From Chara braunii (taxonomy: Eukaryota; Plantae; Charophyceae), in NCBI GenBank assembly GCA_003427395.1, contig BFEA01000034.1, positions 858,549 to 922,548 of the forward strand: a stretch of 64,000 nt of DNA. The letters run 5' to 3'. Below the pieces are notes generated by a model. It searched no databases and was not told where the DNA came from. It saw only the letters and a program-made list of their open reading frames with translations. Position numbers and translations under genes: made by a program. This document shows, piece by piece, positions 1-13,110 of the stretch. Numbering within the stretch: the first letter of the stretch is position 1; the number at the start of each line of letters is the position of its first letter.

Positions 1-180
1 TAATTGATGATGATGAAGAGACTATTTTGGTGTTGTCATTTGTGAGCTCTGGTGTTACTCCTATTTGGCATGTATCGGGTTGGGATTCTGCTCTAGGTTC
101 GAGGTCACGACTATCTGTTATCGTATGTATGATGTGCCTTGGTTTCTGGAATTCGCTATCACTAATTTTCCTTGGGCGCA

Positions 181-753
181 CACACACACACACACACACA
201 CATGTTGCCGACCGCGATCAGAATCAATCAATCAATCAATCAACTTGATTGATTCCAATGCCTCAACCCACCGCCCCCAAATTGATTGATTGATTCCGAT
301 GCCTCAACCAATTCAAAGGTCGTCCTACCCTGATTTCGATCCTCCCCACCCTCGATCACGACCCTCCGCGACCTTTTGTAATCAAAAGGTAGTGCCCCCA
401 CCGAGGTATGTATTCTTTCCAAACCCAACCCTGATTGGGATGGTTGATCACGCACTCACTCACTCAATCAATCAATCGACCAATCACCTTGTATTGATTC
501 ATTACTTGATTGGTTGATTGATTCATTGGTTGTCGAAGACGTCGCCTCCCGTGCGCGTGCACACACATACACACACACACAGTTACTGATTGATTGATTG
601 TCGGGGGGTCGCCTCCCGTGCACACACACACGCACAGACACAGTTACTGATTCATTGATTGGTTGTCGGGGGGGTCGCCTCCCATGCGCCTCTCCCCCTT
701 TCACTGATTGATTGATTGATTGATTGATTTATAGATTGAGAGAAAGAGAGAGA

Positions 754-813
<60 letters not shown>

Positions 814-1153
814 NNNNNNNNNNNNNNNNNNNNNNNNNNNNNNNNNNNNNNNNNNNNNNNNNNNNNNNNNNNNNNNNNNNNNNNNNNNNNNNNNNNNNNN
901 NNNNNNNNNNNNNNNNNNNNNNNNNNNNNNNNNNNNNNNNNNNNNNNNNNNNNNNNNNNNNNNNNNNNNNNNNNNNNNNNNNNNNNNNNNNNNNNNNNNN
1001 NNNNNNNNNNNNNNNNNNNNNNNNNNNNNNNNNNNNAGAGGGAGAGAGAGAAAGAGCGAGAAAGAGAGAGAGAGCGATCCCGACTCGATCCCGACTCATC
1101 CCGACTCAATCGCGACTCATCCCGACTCGATCTCGACTAATCCCGACTTAGTT

Positions 1154-1187
<34 letters not shown>

Positions 1188-1257
1188 CCAATCAATCAAT
1201 CAACCAATCAATCAACCAATCAATCAACCAATCAATCAAGTTTGATTGGTTGGTTGG

Positions 1258-1289
<32 letters not shown>

Positions 1290-1290
1290 C
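181..1290. repeat. Microsatellite-rich block: (CA)n, (ATCA/TGAT)n, (GA)n and ~10-bp CCCGACTCGAT-like tandem repeats; related inverted copy at ~22720-22970
   Basis: Read directly. The cccgactcgat repeats next to (GA)n and (ATCA)n at ~1040-1240 mirror agtcgggatcg repeats with (CT)n and (ATCA)n at ~22720-22970. Confidence 0.85.
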
Positions 1291-2800
1291 GGCGCACCAA
1301 ACAACACCCGACAAAAGAAGCCTCTTGGTTCATAAACACTTGGGCCAAAGATGGAAAGTTGGCATCAATCACTCCGGAAAGCAAGCTTAAATTAACCCCC
1401 TGGCTGCTACAAGACAGAAGCGACCTGCAATAAAACCGCATTAGGTTCGATTGGTTACAGGGCCTGTTCTCGAAGGACTAAGACTCTTGTTTTTGGACAG
1501 GAAGTTGGTGGTGTGGAGACCCAAAGAATACGTAAAATGAGAATTGGCGGAGATAGATGACATATTGTATATAATTAATTAAGTTAAAGGGATAGTTCGG
1601 AGTTAGAAAAACAATAGTTATAGAGCTAGGAGAAGGGAAACATAAACTTAGCTAGGAGGTTTTCTTTTGTAGGGAGGAAAGTGGAGCTTGCTAATTTTGA
1701 ATGTGCCGCGTTCCTTGTTCTCGGGTCCCAAGTTGGGTCTCCTAAAAAGTGAAATTGGGTAAGGCTCCCAGACTTGTTACCTTTTTTTCGGGTAGACTGT
1801 GAGGACCCCGGCCTCGGGCAACAATTTTAATCATGAGCCATGGCCAAAGGGTCCATATTGTTTTGACAAAAAAAAAAAACAGTTCTGGGGTGCACCCGTT
1901 GAGCTATGCCACAGTTGGTAGAGCGATCATTTCTTAGGAGCCTAATGTTGCACATTCCAAATTGAACAAACTGGTATTACTACGTGATTGGGACTGCTCT
2001 CTTGATAAGGCTTTTTGGGGAGGGGGGGGTAACGAGGACGCAGTCATGATTTCAATTTTAAACTGCTAGCCTCAGCCTTGCTGAAAAGAAAACTCGTCCC
2101 CTGCGAAAATTTTGGAGGCCCAGTGCTATAGATAAATTGAACCAGCGGCGTGAAGGGTTCTACTAAGACTCTCTGTATTGGGTCGCCTACGAGAACGATA
2201 TTCATTCTATTTTTTTTTTTGCGATAGTAAGGGACTCTTTCCAGTACTCTCTGTATGCACCAGGGACAAAAAATGTGGCAGTGTATCTGTCCATGTTCCA
2301 TTAAGATATTCATTTTTATTTTTCACATTTGATTAGTAGTGGTGCCAGACCCCAAGGCAGTGAGCCTAGCTAACCTCGCTGTTGTAGATATGCACAAAAG
2401 ACAAAACGTATATTGTTGGACTTTTTTTTTCCCTATTTTGGACCATTTCTCTAATTATGCATGCCATCGTATCCTTGCTCAGGGCCATATTACTCCTCTC
2501 TGTATCAGACCATCTTTCAATGCCACGTTCATTTATTTTTTCTTCTTTTTTTAGTAGAATTTAGACCATTTTTCGATCTTTGTGTATCATCCTATCATTT
2601 TTCAATGTCATCCTAATCTTCCCTGTATCTGGCCATCTTCCGCCAACATGTTCATACTTTTTTTTTTTTATTAGCAATGGTAGAGTCAAGCAGCCTCGTC
2701 TCCACAGGAACTAGTTCCGAACTTCAAGCTGTCATCCGTACCTTTCTGAACGACTATTTGTTTTTTCTTTCCGATTTTTTTTTTTTTTTTTTTGCCGTTT

Positions 2801-2836
<36 letters not shown>

Positions 2837-2849
2837 TTCTCGTTTTTTG

Positions 2850-2882
2850 CTGTCTCTTATACACATCTAGATGTGTATAAGA

Positions 2883-2887
<5 letters not shown>
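2850..2887. other. Nextera mate-pair junction adapter (two back-to-back Tn5 mosaic ends); assembly artefact
   Basis: Exact CTGTCTCTTATACACATCT + AGATGTGTATAAGAGACAG, lying between a poly-T run and a (CA)n run. Confidence 0.98.
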
Positions 2888-2937
<50 letters not shown>

Positions 2938-3103
2938 GCATGGGTTTCATCCGCCAAGGTCTATCAAAATTTCTGGAAATAAGGTGAAGTCAGTCCGAAA
3001 TTTTGTGAAAAACGACACGGGGACGATCCCCCGACAGATTGCCCTCGAATAGAGGGCGCACCACCAGCTGAGTAACGATTTCGCCTTTTCGTTTATTTAT
3101 TTT

Positions 3104-3190
3104 TACAACACCGGGACTTCCCAGGAGGTCACCATTCCAGTACTCTACTATTCCGGCCCCAGGGTCTTCCGAGTTCCGGAAAGATGCTGT
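3104..3190 (-). pseudogene. Degenerate 5S rRNA-derived sequence (3' half best preserved)
   Basis: Minus strand reads AGTACTGGAATGGTGACCTCCTGGGAAGTCCCGGTGTTGT, close to the plant-type 5S 3' half (AGTACTAGGATGGGTGACCTCCTGGGAAGTCCTCGTGTTGC). An A-rich tail follows. The 5' part is diverged. Confidence 0.75.
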
Positions 3191-4284
3191 TTTTATCCCT
3201 CGAATAGAAAGCAGGACGCAACCTCACAGCACTGCTTCGCCGTTCCGTCTTACCCCGAATAGAACGAGTGTGCATATGATCCTTTGCTTAGAAACAAAAG
3301 ACAAAAAATAACAAAAGTGAACATTGGCCGAAAGAGGGGGAGAGAGAAGGTCATCGGCCTGTGACGTATGGCACACGTTCTTTTCCCTTTCTTCTCCGCA
3401 GAAAACACATTTTACATAATTATTCTTTTATAGAAATCCTGAATGCCACTTGCGTGCCTACCCAATTGAGCTAGGCCGCAGGCGGTCATGGGGCTCGATC
3501 CGACNNNNNNNNNNNNNNNNNNNNNNNNNNNNNNNNNNNNNNNNNNNNNNNNNNNNNNNNNNNNNNNNNNNNNNNNNNNNNNNNNNNNNNNNNNNNNNNN
3601 NNNNNNNNNNNNNNNNNNNNNNNNNNNNNNNNNNNNNNNNNNNNNNNNNNNNNNNNNNNNNNNNNNNNNNNNNNNNNNNNNNNNNNNNNNNNNNNNNNNN
3701 NNNNNNNNNNNNNNNNNNNNNNNNNNNNNNNNNNNNNNNNNNNNNNNNNNNNNNNNNNNNNNNNNNNNNNNNNNNNNNNNNNNNNNNNNNNNNNNNNNNN
3801 NNNNNNNNNNNNNNNNNNNNNNNNNNNNNNNNNNNNNNNNNNNNNNNNNNNNNNNNNNNNNNNNNNNNNNNNNNNNNNNNNNNNNNNNNNNNNNNNNNNN
3901 NNNNNNNNNNNNNNNNNNNNNNNNNNNNNNNNNNNNNNNNNNNNNNNNNNNNNNNNNNNNNNNNNNNNNNNNNNNNNNNNNNNNNNNNNNNNNNNNNNNN
4001 NNNNNNNNNNNNNNNNNNNNNNNNNNNNNNNNNNNNNNNNNNNNNNNNNNNNNNNNNNNNNNNNNNNNNNNNNNNNNNNNNNNNNNNNNNNNNNNNNNNN
4101 NNNNNNNNNNNNNNNNNNNNNNNNNNNNNNNNNNNNNNNNNNNNNNNNNNNNNNNNNNNNNNNNNNNNNNNNNNNNNNNNNNNNNNNNNNNNNNNNNNNN
4201 NNNNNNNNNNNNNNNNNNNNNNNNNNNNNNNNNNNNNNNNNNNNNNNNNNNNNNNNNNNNNNNNNNNNNNNNNNNNNNNNNNNN

Positions 4285-5965
4285 TCGGGGTTTCGTTACT
4301 GGAAATACACCTCGGGGTTTCGGGATTTTACTTAGTGTCTACAGGGACTAAATCTCGATAGGCTTTCGGGGTTTCGTTATCAAAAATGCACAACGGGGTT
4401 TCGGGATTTTACTTAGTCTCTCTAGGGATTTAATCTCGATAGGCTTTCGGGGTTTCAATAGCGAAAATACACTACGGGGTTTCGGGATTTTACTAAGTCT
4501 GTCTAAGGATTATATCTCGATAGGCTTTCGGGGTTTCGTTACTGAAAATACACTACGGGGTTTCATAATTTTACTTAGTTTTTCTAAAAAGTATATCTCG
4601 ATAGGCTTTCGGGGTTTCGTTACCGGAAATAGACTTCGGGGTTTCAGGATTTTATGTTGTCTCTCTAGTGATTATATCCTGATAGGCTTTCAGGGTTTCG
4701 TTACAGTAAATACATTACGGGGTTTCCGGATTTTACGTAGTCTCTCTAGGGATTATATCTCGATAGGCTTTCGGGGTTTCGTTATCGAAAATGCACTATG
4801 GGGTTTCGGGATTTCACTTAGTCTCTCTAGTGTTTAAATCTCGANNNNNNNNNNNNNNNNNNNNNNNNNNNNNNNNNNNNNNNNNNNNNNNNNNNNNNNN
4901 NNNNNNNNNNNNNNNNNNNNNNNNNNNNNNNNNNNNNNNNNNNNNNNNNTCGGGGTTTCGATAGCGAAAATACACTATAGGGTTTGGGGATTTTACTAAG
5001 TTTGTCTAAGGATTATATCTCGATAGGCTTTCGGGGTTTCGTTACCGAAAATACACTATGGGGTTTTATAATTTTACTTGGTTTTTCTAACGATTATATC
5101 TCGATAGGCTTTCGGGGTTTCGTTACCGAAAATGCACTACGGGGTTTCAGGATTTTACTCTGTCTGTTTACGGATTATATCTCGATAGGCTTTCGGAGTT
5201 TTGTTACCGAAAATACACTACGGAGTTTCGGGATTTTACTCAGTCTCTCTAGGGATTATATCTCGATAGGCTTTCGGGGTTTCGTTACCGAAAATACACT
5301 TCGGGGTTTCGGCATTTAACTCAGTCTGTATAGGGATTATATCTTGATAGGCTTTCGGGGTTTCGTTATCGAAAATACACTACGGGGTTTCGGGATTTTA
5401 CTAAGTCTCTCTAGGGATAAAATCTCGATGGGCTTTCGGGGTTTCGCAACCGAAAATGTACGACGGGGTTTCGGGATTTTACTAAGTCTCTTTAACAATT
5501 ATATCTCGATAGGCTTTTGGGGTTTCGTTACCGAAAATACACTACGGGATTTCGGGATTTTACTTTGTGTCTCTAAGGATTATATCCTGATAGGCTTTCG
5601 GGGTTTCGTTATCGAAAATGCACTACGGGGTTTCAGGATTTTCCTTAGTCTCTCTAGGAATTAAATCTCGATAGGCTTTAAGGGTTTCGATAGCGAAAAT
5701 ATACTACGGAGTTTCGGGATTTTACAAAGTCTCTCTAGGGATTATATCTCGATAGGCTTTCGGGGTTTCGTTACCGAAAATACACTACGGGGTTTTAGAG
5801 TCTTACGTCGTCTCTCTAAGGATTGTATCTTGATAGGCTTTCGGGGTTTGGTTATCGAAAATGCACTACGGGGTTTTGGGATTTTACAAAGTCTCTCTAA
5901 GGATCATATCTCGATAGACTCTTGGGGTCTCGTTAGTGAAAATACACTTAGGGGTTTCGGTATTT
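4285..5965 (+). repeat. Satellite array I, ~81-bp monomer
   Basis: Tandem GGCTTTCGGGGTTTCGTTACCGAAAATACACTACGGGGTTTCGGGATTTTACTTAGTCTCTCTAGGGATTATATCTCGATA; period 81 (4361 to 4442). One internal gap. Confidence 0.95.
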
Positions 5966-6396
5966 TAACATAGAGCCCCAATGTTGACGATACAAAATCT
6001 CAAGTGCCGATGATACTTAATCTACATGTCGTTGAATACCAATCCGAAAATAACCTCTAGAGTCTCTGTTCGGTAACTGGTCCAATATTGATGTCACTGA
6101 CATCTACCACTGATTTCTACCCCTGGTCGTTACCAAAGAATATAGAGGAGTTGAAGAAGGCGAAGAAAAAAAAAAAAAAAAAAAAATAAATAAAAAAAAT
6201 AAAGAGAAAGAAGAGGAAGAAGAAGAAGAAGAGGAATAACCGAAAGGGGCAAAGGAGGAGATGGAGATGGAAGGTTGGAGCGAGGAAGATTGACTCTCTC
6301 GCTCCCTCCTGACCGAGGCCCAGATGTGTAAGGTATCGTCTTGGAGTTCCTGCAGACTGCTAGCATGAAGCTGGAGCTGTGACGTCAACAAGTCAT

Positions 6397-6473
<77 letters not shown>

Positions 6474-7314
6474 CCTCAGTGCTGCATGACACCTAACTTA
6501 GTGCTGGGTTTAGCAGCGCTGCACTGAAGCAAAACTGGCACAACACAAAGTCTCAATGTGTCCTCTGGTACTATTTGGTAAATAGTGCTGGCTTGGCCTG
6601 TTCAGCCTAGGTCCAGTACAAACACTCAGATGTGGACCGTCGGATCGTCGATCCGATCTGCAGTCCAGCACTGGGCCGCCAGGGGAAGTGCCGTATGAAA
6701 GTGAGGTCCTCAAAAGCGACCGTGATGATGTCCTACCTACAACATGGCCTTACCAAAGTTACCACTGTGACTTCACACTCGATATATAGAAGTCTTGTTA
6801 AGCCACATGGTGAGTAGGCACATGTGATGACCTCACACTGCAACATCGCCATATAAGAGTTACCACATGGTCAGACGCTGAGCTCCTCCAAGAAAGGGCC
6901 AGAAGAGAATCCCGAGGAACAATACGATCACTATTTATGCCATCACTGTTGATCACCCTCAGCTGCATCATGGGGCACTTGGTCTTCTACCGCTTTCGTA
7001 TGACGTTGCTCTTGATTCCACTTACGTCTAACAAAACGCAGCAAAAAGGATCCTTCATACTGGCAAACATATCAATAATTTCTTCATTTAGTGACATTCG
7101 AGACAGAAACGAAAGGAGATATACCTGCCAAATTGGCAAACACAACAAAATGACAAAAACAATATCAGGGTGAACATTATGTTATGATGTCTATAAATGT
7201 TACCATCCATTTGTCCGTCTCTTATTTCTTTTTAATATTGCCTAGTGAGCCAAGGATCAGATAATAAATTTACGAGAGCAGAATTCGCATTACATTCGCT
7301 GTTTATTGCAAAAA

Positions 7315-7660
7315 GTGGACCACGGGGTGGGGAGAGAACGACTTGCATTGAGGTGGAGAGAGATGAGAGGAGGGTGGAAAGAGTCCACATGACATTCACA
7401 CCCCAACACGATCACACAAACAGTCTGACATGCACTCAGACAACAGGAAGAAACCAACGAACTAATCACACACAAACTTAGGAACACAGCAACAACAAGC
7501 ATTTTCAACACACACAGATTGGACCCAGCGGGAAGAGAATGACTTGCATAGGGGCGGATAGAGCTGAGAGGATGGTGAAAGAGGCCACACGACATTTACA
7601 CGAGCCCACACAGTCACACACACACACAGTCCAACATGTACTCATACAACATGCAGACAC
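7315..7660 (+). repeat. Diverged ~200-bp tandem duplication
   Basis: ggacc...gagaaygacttgcat...ccaca.gacatt.acac...cagtc..acatg.actca.acaac occurs twice, at ~7315 and ~7520. Confidence 0.6.
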
Positions 7661-7964
7661 AAACAAACACATTCACAGATCCCAGCAGATAGACTGTCTT
7701 TTTTTTTTGTGCATCCGATGGTTTTCAAATTCTGTGTTGTTCTACCAACATATCAAGGACAATACATTATTTCAACCCCATTAAAAATATTGTATTCGAA
7801 TTATTTATGCAAGGAAATGATAGCGAAATCGAAATACATAAATGAGAGTGCATTCACAATGGCAACACGAAATGCTTTAGCAAAGAAAGAGTCATTCATA
7901 TAAATGACAATATAGGTTATATCATTATATGTAAGACAGTCTGTTTCGCAACATTTCTGATCTT

Positions 7965-10900
7965 TAAAAGTAAAGTAAAATCCCGAAATCCCGAAGTGCA
8001 ATTTTGGTGACAAAATCCCGAATCGCACGTGCGGATATGACTTTGAAAAACTGACTAAGTAAAATCATGAAATCCCGAAGTGCGAATTCGGTAATGAAAT
8101 CCCGAAGGCCGTGCGGATATGACTTCCAAAAACGACTTAGTAAAATCCCAAAATCCCGAAGTGCGAATTCGGTGACGAAATCCCGAACGCCATGTTGATA
8201 AGACTTACGAAAAATGACTAAGTAAAATCCTGAAACCCCGAAGTGCGATTTTTGTGACGAAATCCTGAATGCCGTACGGATAAGACTCACGAAAAATGCC
8301 TAAGTAAAATCTCAAAATCCCGAAGTGCGATTTCGGTAACGAAATCCCGAATGTCGTACGGATTAGACTTCGAAGAACGACTAAGCGAAATCCCGAAATC
8401 CGGAAGTGCGATTTCGGTAACGAAATCCCGAACAACGTGTGGATAAGACTCACGAAAAACGACTAAGTAAAATCCAAAAATCCCTAAGTGCGATTTCGGT
8501 GACGAAATCCCGAATGTCGTGCGGATAAGACTCGAAAATGACTAAGCAAGATCTCGAAATCCCGAAGTGCGATTTCGGTAACCAAATCCCAAATGTCGTG
8601 CGGATATGCTTCGAAAAAACGACTAAGTAAAATCCCGGAATCCCGAAGTGCGATTTCGGTGACGAAATCCCAAACGCATATGCGAATATGACTTCGAAAA
8701 CCGACTAAGTAAGATCCCGAAATCCTGAAGTGCGATTTCGGTGACAAAATCCGGAACGCCGTGCGGATATGACTTCCAAAAACGACCTAGTAAAATCCCG
8801 AATCCTGAAGTGCGATTTCGATGACGAAATCCCGAACACCATGCGAATAAGACTCACGAAAAATGACTAAGTAAAATCCTGAAACCTCGAAGAGCGATTT
8901 CGGTGATGAAATCCCGAATGCCGTGCGCATAAGACTCACGAAAAGCGCCCAAGTAAAATCCCGAAATCCCGAAGTACGATTTCGGTGACAAAATCTCGAA
9001 CGCATGTGCAAATATGACTTTGAAAACCGACTAAGTAAAATCCTGAAATCCCGAAGTGCGATCTCAGTAACGAAATCCCAAACGCCGTGCGGATATGACT
9101 TCAAAAAACGACCTCGTAAAATCCCGAAATCGCGAAGTGCGATTTCGGTGACGAAATCCCGAATGTCGTGCAAATACGACTCACGAAAAAACGCCTAAGT
9201 AAAATCTCGAAATCTTGAAGTGCATTTTCGGTAACGAAATCCTGACTGCCATACGGATAAGACTTCGAAGAACGACTAAGAGAAATCCCGAAATCCGGAA
9301 GTCCGATTTCGGTAACCAAATCCCGAACAACGTGCGGATAAGACTCACGAAACACGACTAAGTAAAATCTCAAAATTTCGAAGTCCGATTTCGGTGACCA
9401 AATCCCGAATGTCGTGCGGATAAGACTCGAAAACGACTAAGTAAGATCCCGAAATCCCGAAGTGCGATTTTGGTAACCAAATCCCGAATGTCGTGCGGAT
9501 ATGCTTCGAAAAAACGACCAAGTAAAATCCCGGAATCCCGAAGTGCGATTTCGGTGACGAAATCCCAAACGCATATGCGAATATGACTTTGAAAACCAAC
9601 TAAGTAAAATCCTGAAATCCCGAAGTGCGATTTCAGTAACAAAATCTCGAACGCCGTGTGGATATGACTTCCAAAAACGACCCGGTAAAACCGCAAAATT
9701 CCGAAGTGCGATTTCGGTGACGAGATCCTGAACGCCATGCGGATAAGACTCATGAAAAATGACTAAGTAAAATCCCGAAACCCCGAAGTGCGATTTCAGT
9801 GACGAAATCCCGAATGTTGTGCGAATATGTCTTCGAAAAAACGACTAAGTAAAATTCCCGAAATCTTATAGTGCGATTTCGGTGACGAAATCACGAACGC
9901 ATGTGCGGATATGACTTCGAAAACGGACTTAGTAAAATCCGAAAATCTCGAAGTATGATTTCGGTAACGAAATCCCGAACGCCGTGCAGATATGACTTCC
10001 AAAAACGACCTTGTAAAATCCGAAAATCCCGAACTGCGATTTCGGTGACGAAATCCCAAACGCCATGCGGATAAGACTCACGAAACATGACTAAGTAAAA
10101 TCCCGAAACCCCGAAGTGCGATTTCGGTGACGAAAACCCGAATGTCGTGCGGATAAGACTCACGAAAAATGCCTAAGTAAAATCCCGAAATCCTGAAATG
10201 CAATTTCGGTGACGAAATTCCGAAAGCATGGGTGGATATAACTTTCAAAACCGACTAAGTAAGATCCCGAAATCCCGAAGTGCGATTTCGGTAACGAAAT
10301 CCCGAACGTCGTGCGAATATGACTTCCAAAAACGACCTAGTAAAATCCCGAAATTCCGAGGTGGGATTTCGGTGACGAAATCCCGAACGCCATGCGGATA
10401 AGACTCACGAAAAATGACTAAGTAAAATTTTGAAACCCCGAAGTGCGATTTCGGTGACGAAATTCCGAATGCCGTGCGGATAGGACTCGAAAACGACTAA
10501 GTAAGATCCCGAAATCCCGAAGTGTGATTTCGGTAACCAAATCCTTAATGTCGTGCGGATATGCTTCGAAAAAATGACTAAGGAAAATCCCGGAATCCCG
10601 AAGTGCGATTTCGGTGACGAAATCCCGAACGCATGTGCGGATACGACTTTAGAAACCGACTTAGTAAAATCCCGAAATCCGAAGTGCGATTTCAGTAACG
10701 AAATCTCTAACGCCGTGCGGATATGACTTTCAAAAACGACCTGGTAAAATTCCCAAATGCCGAAGTGCGATTTCGGTGACGAGATCCTGAACGCCATGCG
10801 GATAAGACTCACGAAAAATGACAAAGTAAAATCCCGAAACCCCGAAGTGTGATTTCGGTGACGAAATCCCGAATGTTGTGCGGATAAGACTCGAAAACGA

Positions 10901-13110
10901 CTAAGTAAGATCCCGAAATCCTGAAGTGTGATTTCGGTAACCAAATCCCGAATGTCGTGCGGATATGTCTTCGAAAAAACGACTAAGTAAAATCCCGAAA
11001 TCCCGAAGTGCGATTTCGGTGACGAAATCTCGAACGCATATGGGGATATGACTTCGAAAACCGACTAAGTAAAATCCCGAAATCCCGAAGTGCGATTTCG
11101 GTAACAAGATCCCGAACGCCGTGCGGAGATGATTTCCAAAAACGACCTGGTGAAATCCCGAAATCCCGCAGTGCGATTTCGGTGACGAAATCCCGAACGC
11201 CATGAGGATAATACTCATGAAAAATGACTAAGTAAAATCTCGAAACCCCGAAGTGCGATTTCGGTGACGAAATCACGAATGTCATGCGGATAAGACTCAC
11301 GAAAACGACTAAGTAAGATCCCGAAATCCCGAAGTGCGATTTCGGTAACCAAATCCCGAATGTCGTGCGGATATGCTTCGAAAAAACGACTAAGTAAAAT
11401 CCCGGGATCCCGAAGTGCGATTTCGGTGACGAAATCCCAAACGCATGTGCAGATATGACTTCGAAAACCGACGAAGTAAAATCCGGAAATCCCGAAGTGC
11501 GATTTCAGTAACGAAATCTCGAACGCCGTGCGGATATGACTTCCAAAAACGACCCGGTAAAATCCCGGAATCCCGAAGTGCGATTTCGATGACGAGATCC
11601 TGAACGCCATGCGGATAAGACTCACGAAAAATGACTAAGCAAAATCCCGAAACCCCGAAGTGCGATTTCAGTGACGAAATCCCGAATGTCGTGCGAATAT
11701 GTCTTCGAAAAAATGACTAAGTAAAATTCCGAAATCCTGTAGTGCGATTTCGGTGACAAAATCCCGAACGCATGTGCGGATATGACTTCGAAAACCGACT
11801 AAGTAAAATCTGAAAATCCCGAAGTGCGATTTCGGTAACAAAATCTTGAACGCCGTGCAGATATGACTTCCAAAAACGACCTAGTAAAATCCCGAAATCC
11901 CGAAGTGCGATTTCGGTGACGAAATCCCGAACGCCATGAGGATACGACTCACGAAAAATGACTAAGTAAAATCCCGAAATCCTGAAGTGCGATTTCGGTG
12001 ACGAAATCCCGAATGCCGTTCGTATAAGACTCACGAAAAGCGCCTAAGTAAGATCCTGAAATCCCGAAGTAGGATTTCGGTGACAAAATCCCGAACGCAT
12101 GTACGAATATGACTTTGAAAACCGACTAAGTAAAATCTCCCGAAGTGCGATTTCGGTAACGAAATTCCAAACGCCGTGCGGATACGACTTCCAAAAACGA
12201 CCTAGTAAAATCCCGAAATCCTGAGGCGCGATTTCGGTGACGAAATCCCGAATGCCATACGGATAAGACTCACGAAAAACGCCTAAGTAAAATCTCAAAA
12301 TCCCGAAATGCGATTTCGGTATTGAAATCCCGAATGTCGTACGGATAAGACTTCGAAGAACGACTAAGCGAAATTCCAAAATCCTGAAGTGCGATTTCGG
12401 TAACGAAATCCCGAACAACGTGTGAATAAGACTCACGAAAAACGAATAAGTAAAATCCCGAAGTGCGATTTCGTTGATTAAATCCCGAATGCTGCACGGA
12501 TAAGCCTCGAAAACGACTAAGTAAGATCCTGAAATCCCGAAGTGCGATTTTGGTAACCAAATTCCGAATGTCGTGCGGATATGCTTTGAAAAACCGACTA
12601 AGTAAAATCCCCAAATCCCGAAGTGCGATTTCGGTAATGAAATCCCGAACGCATGTACGAATATGACTTCGAAAACCGACTAAGTAAAATCCCGATATCC
12701 TGAAGTGCGATTTCGGTAACGATATCCCGAACGTCGTGCGGATATGACTTCCAAAAACGACCTGGTAAAATCTCGAAATCCCGAAGTGCGATTTCGGTGA
12801 CGAAATCCGTAACGCCATGCGGATAAGACTCGCAAAAAATGACTAGGTAAAATCCCGAAACCCCGAAGTGCGATTTCAGTGACGAAATCCCGAATGCCGT
12901 GCGGATATGTCTTCGAAAAAACGACTAAGTAAAATTTCGAAATCCCGAAGTGCAATTTCGATAACGAAATCCCGAACCGCACATGCGGATATGACTTTGA
13001 AAAAACGACTAAGTAAAATCCTGAAATCCCGAAGTGCAAATTCAGTAATGAAATCCCGAATACGCGTAACGAAATCCCGAACGACATGCGAAGAAAACGA
13101 CTAAGTAAAA
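7965..13110 (-). repeat. Satellite array II, ~82-bp monomer, same family as array I in opposite orientation, with 4-mer/5-mer higher-order structure
   Basis: Tandem AAATCCCGAAATCCCGAAGTGCGATTTCGGTGACGAAATCCCGAACGCCGTGCGGATATGACTTCCAAAAACGACTAAGTAA. Its reverse complement aligns to the array I monomer. Confidence 0.95.

Noticed and set aside
1500-2680. Possible decayed non-LTR retrotransposon 3' region
   Set aside because: No unambiguous RT, zinc-knuckle or RNase H motif could be read.
7964-13104. Many 80-180 aa ORFs (MSLIRT..., RDFVTEIALRDFGILL...), also in arrays I and III
   Set aside because: They are translations of satellite monomers and open in several frames.
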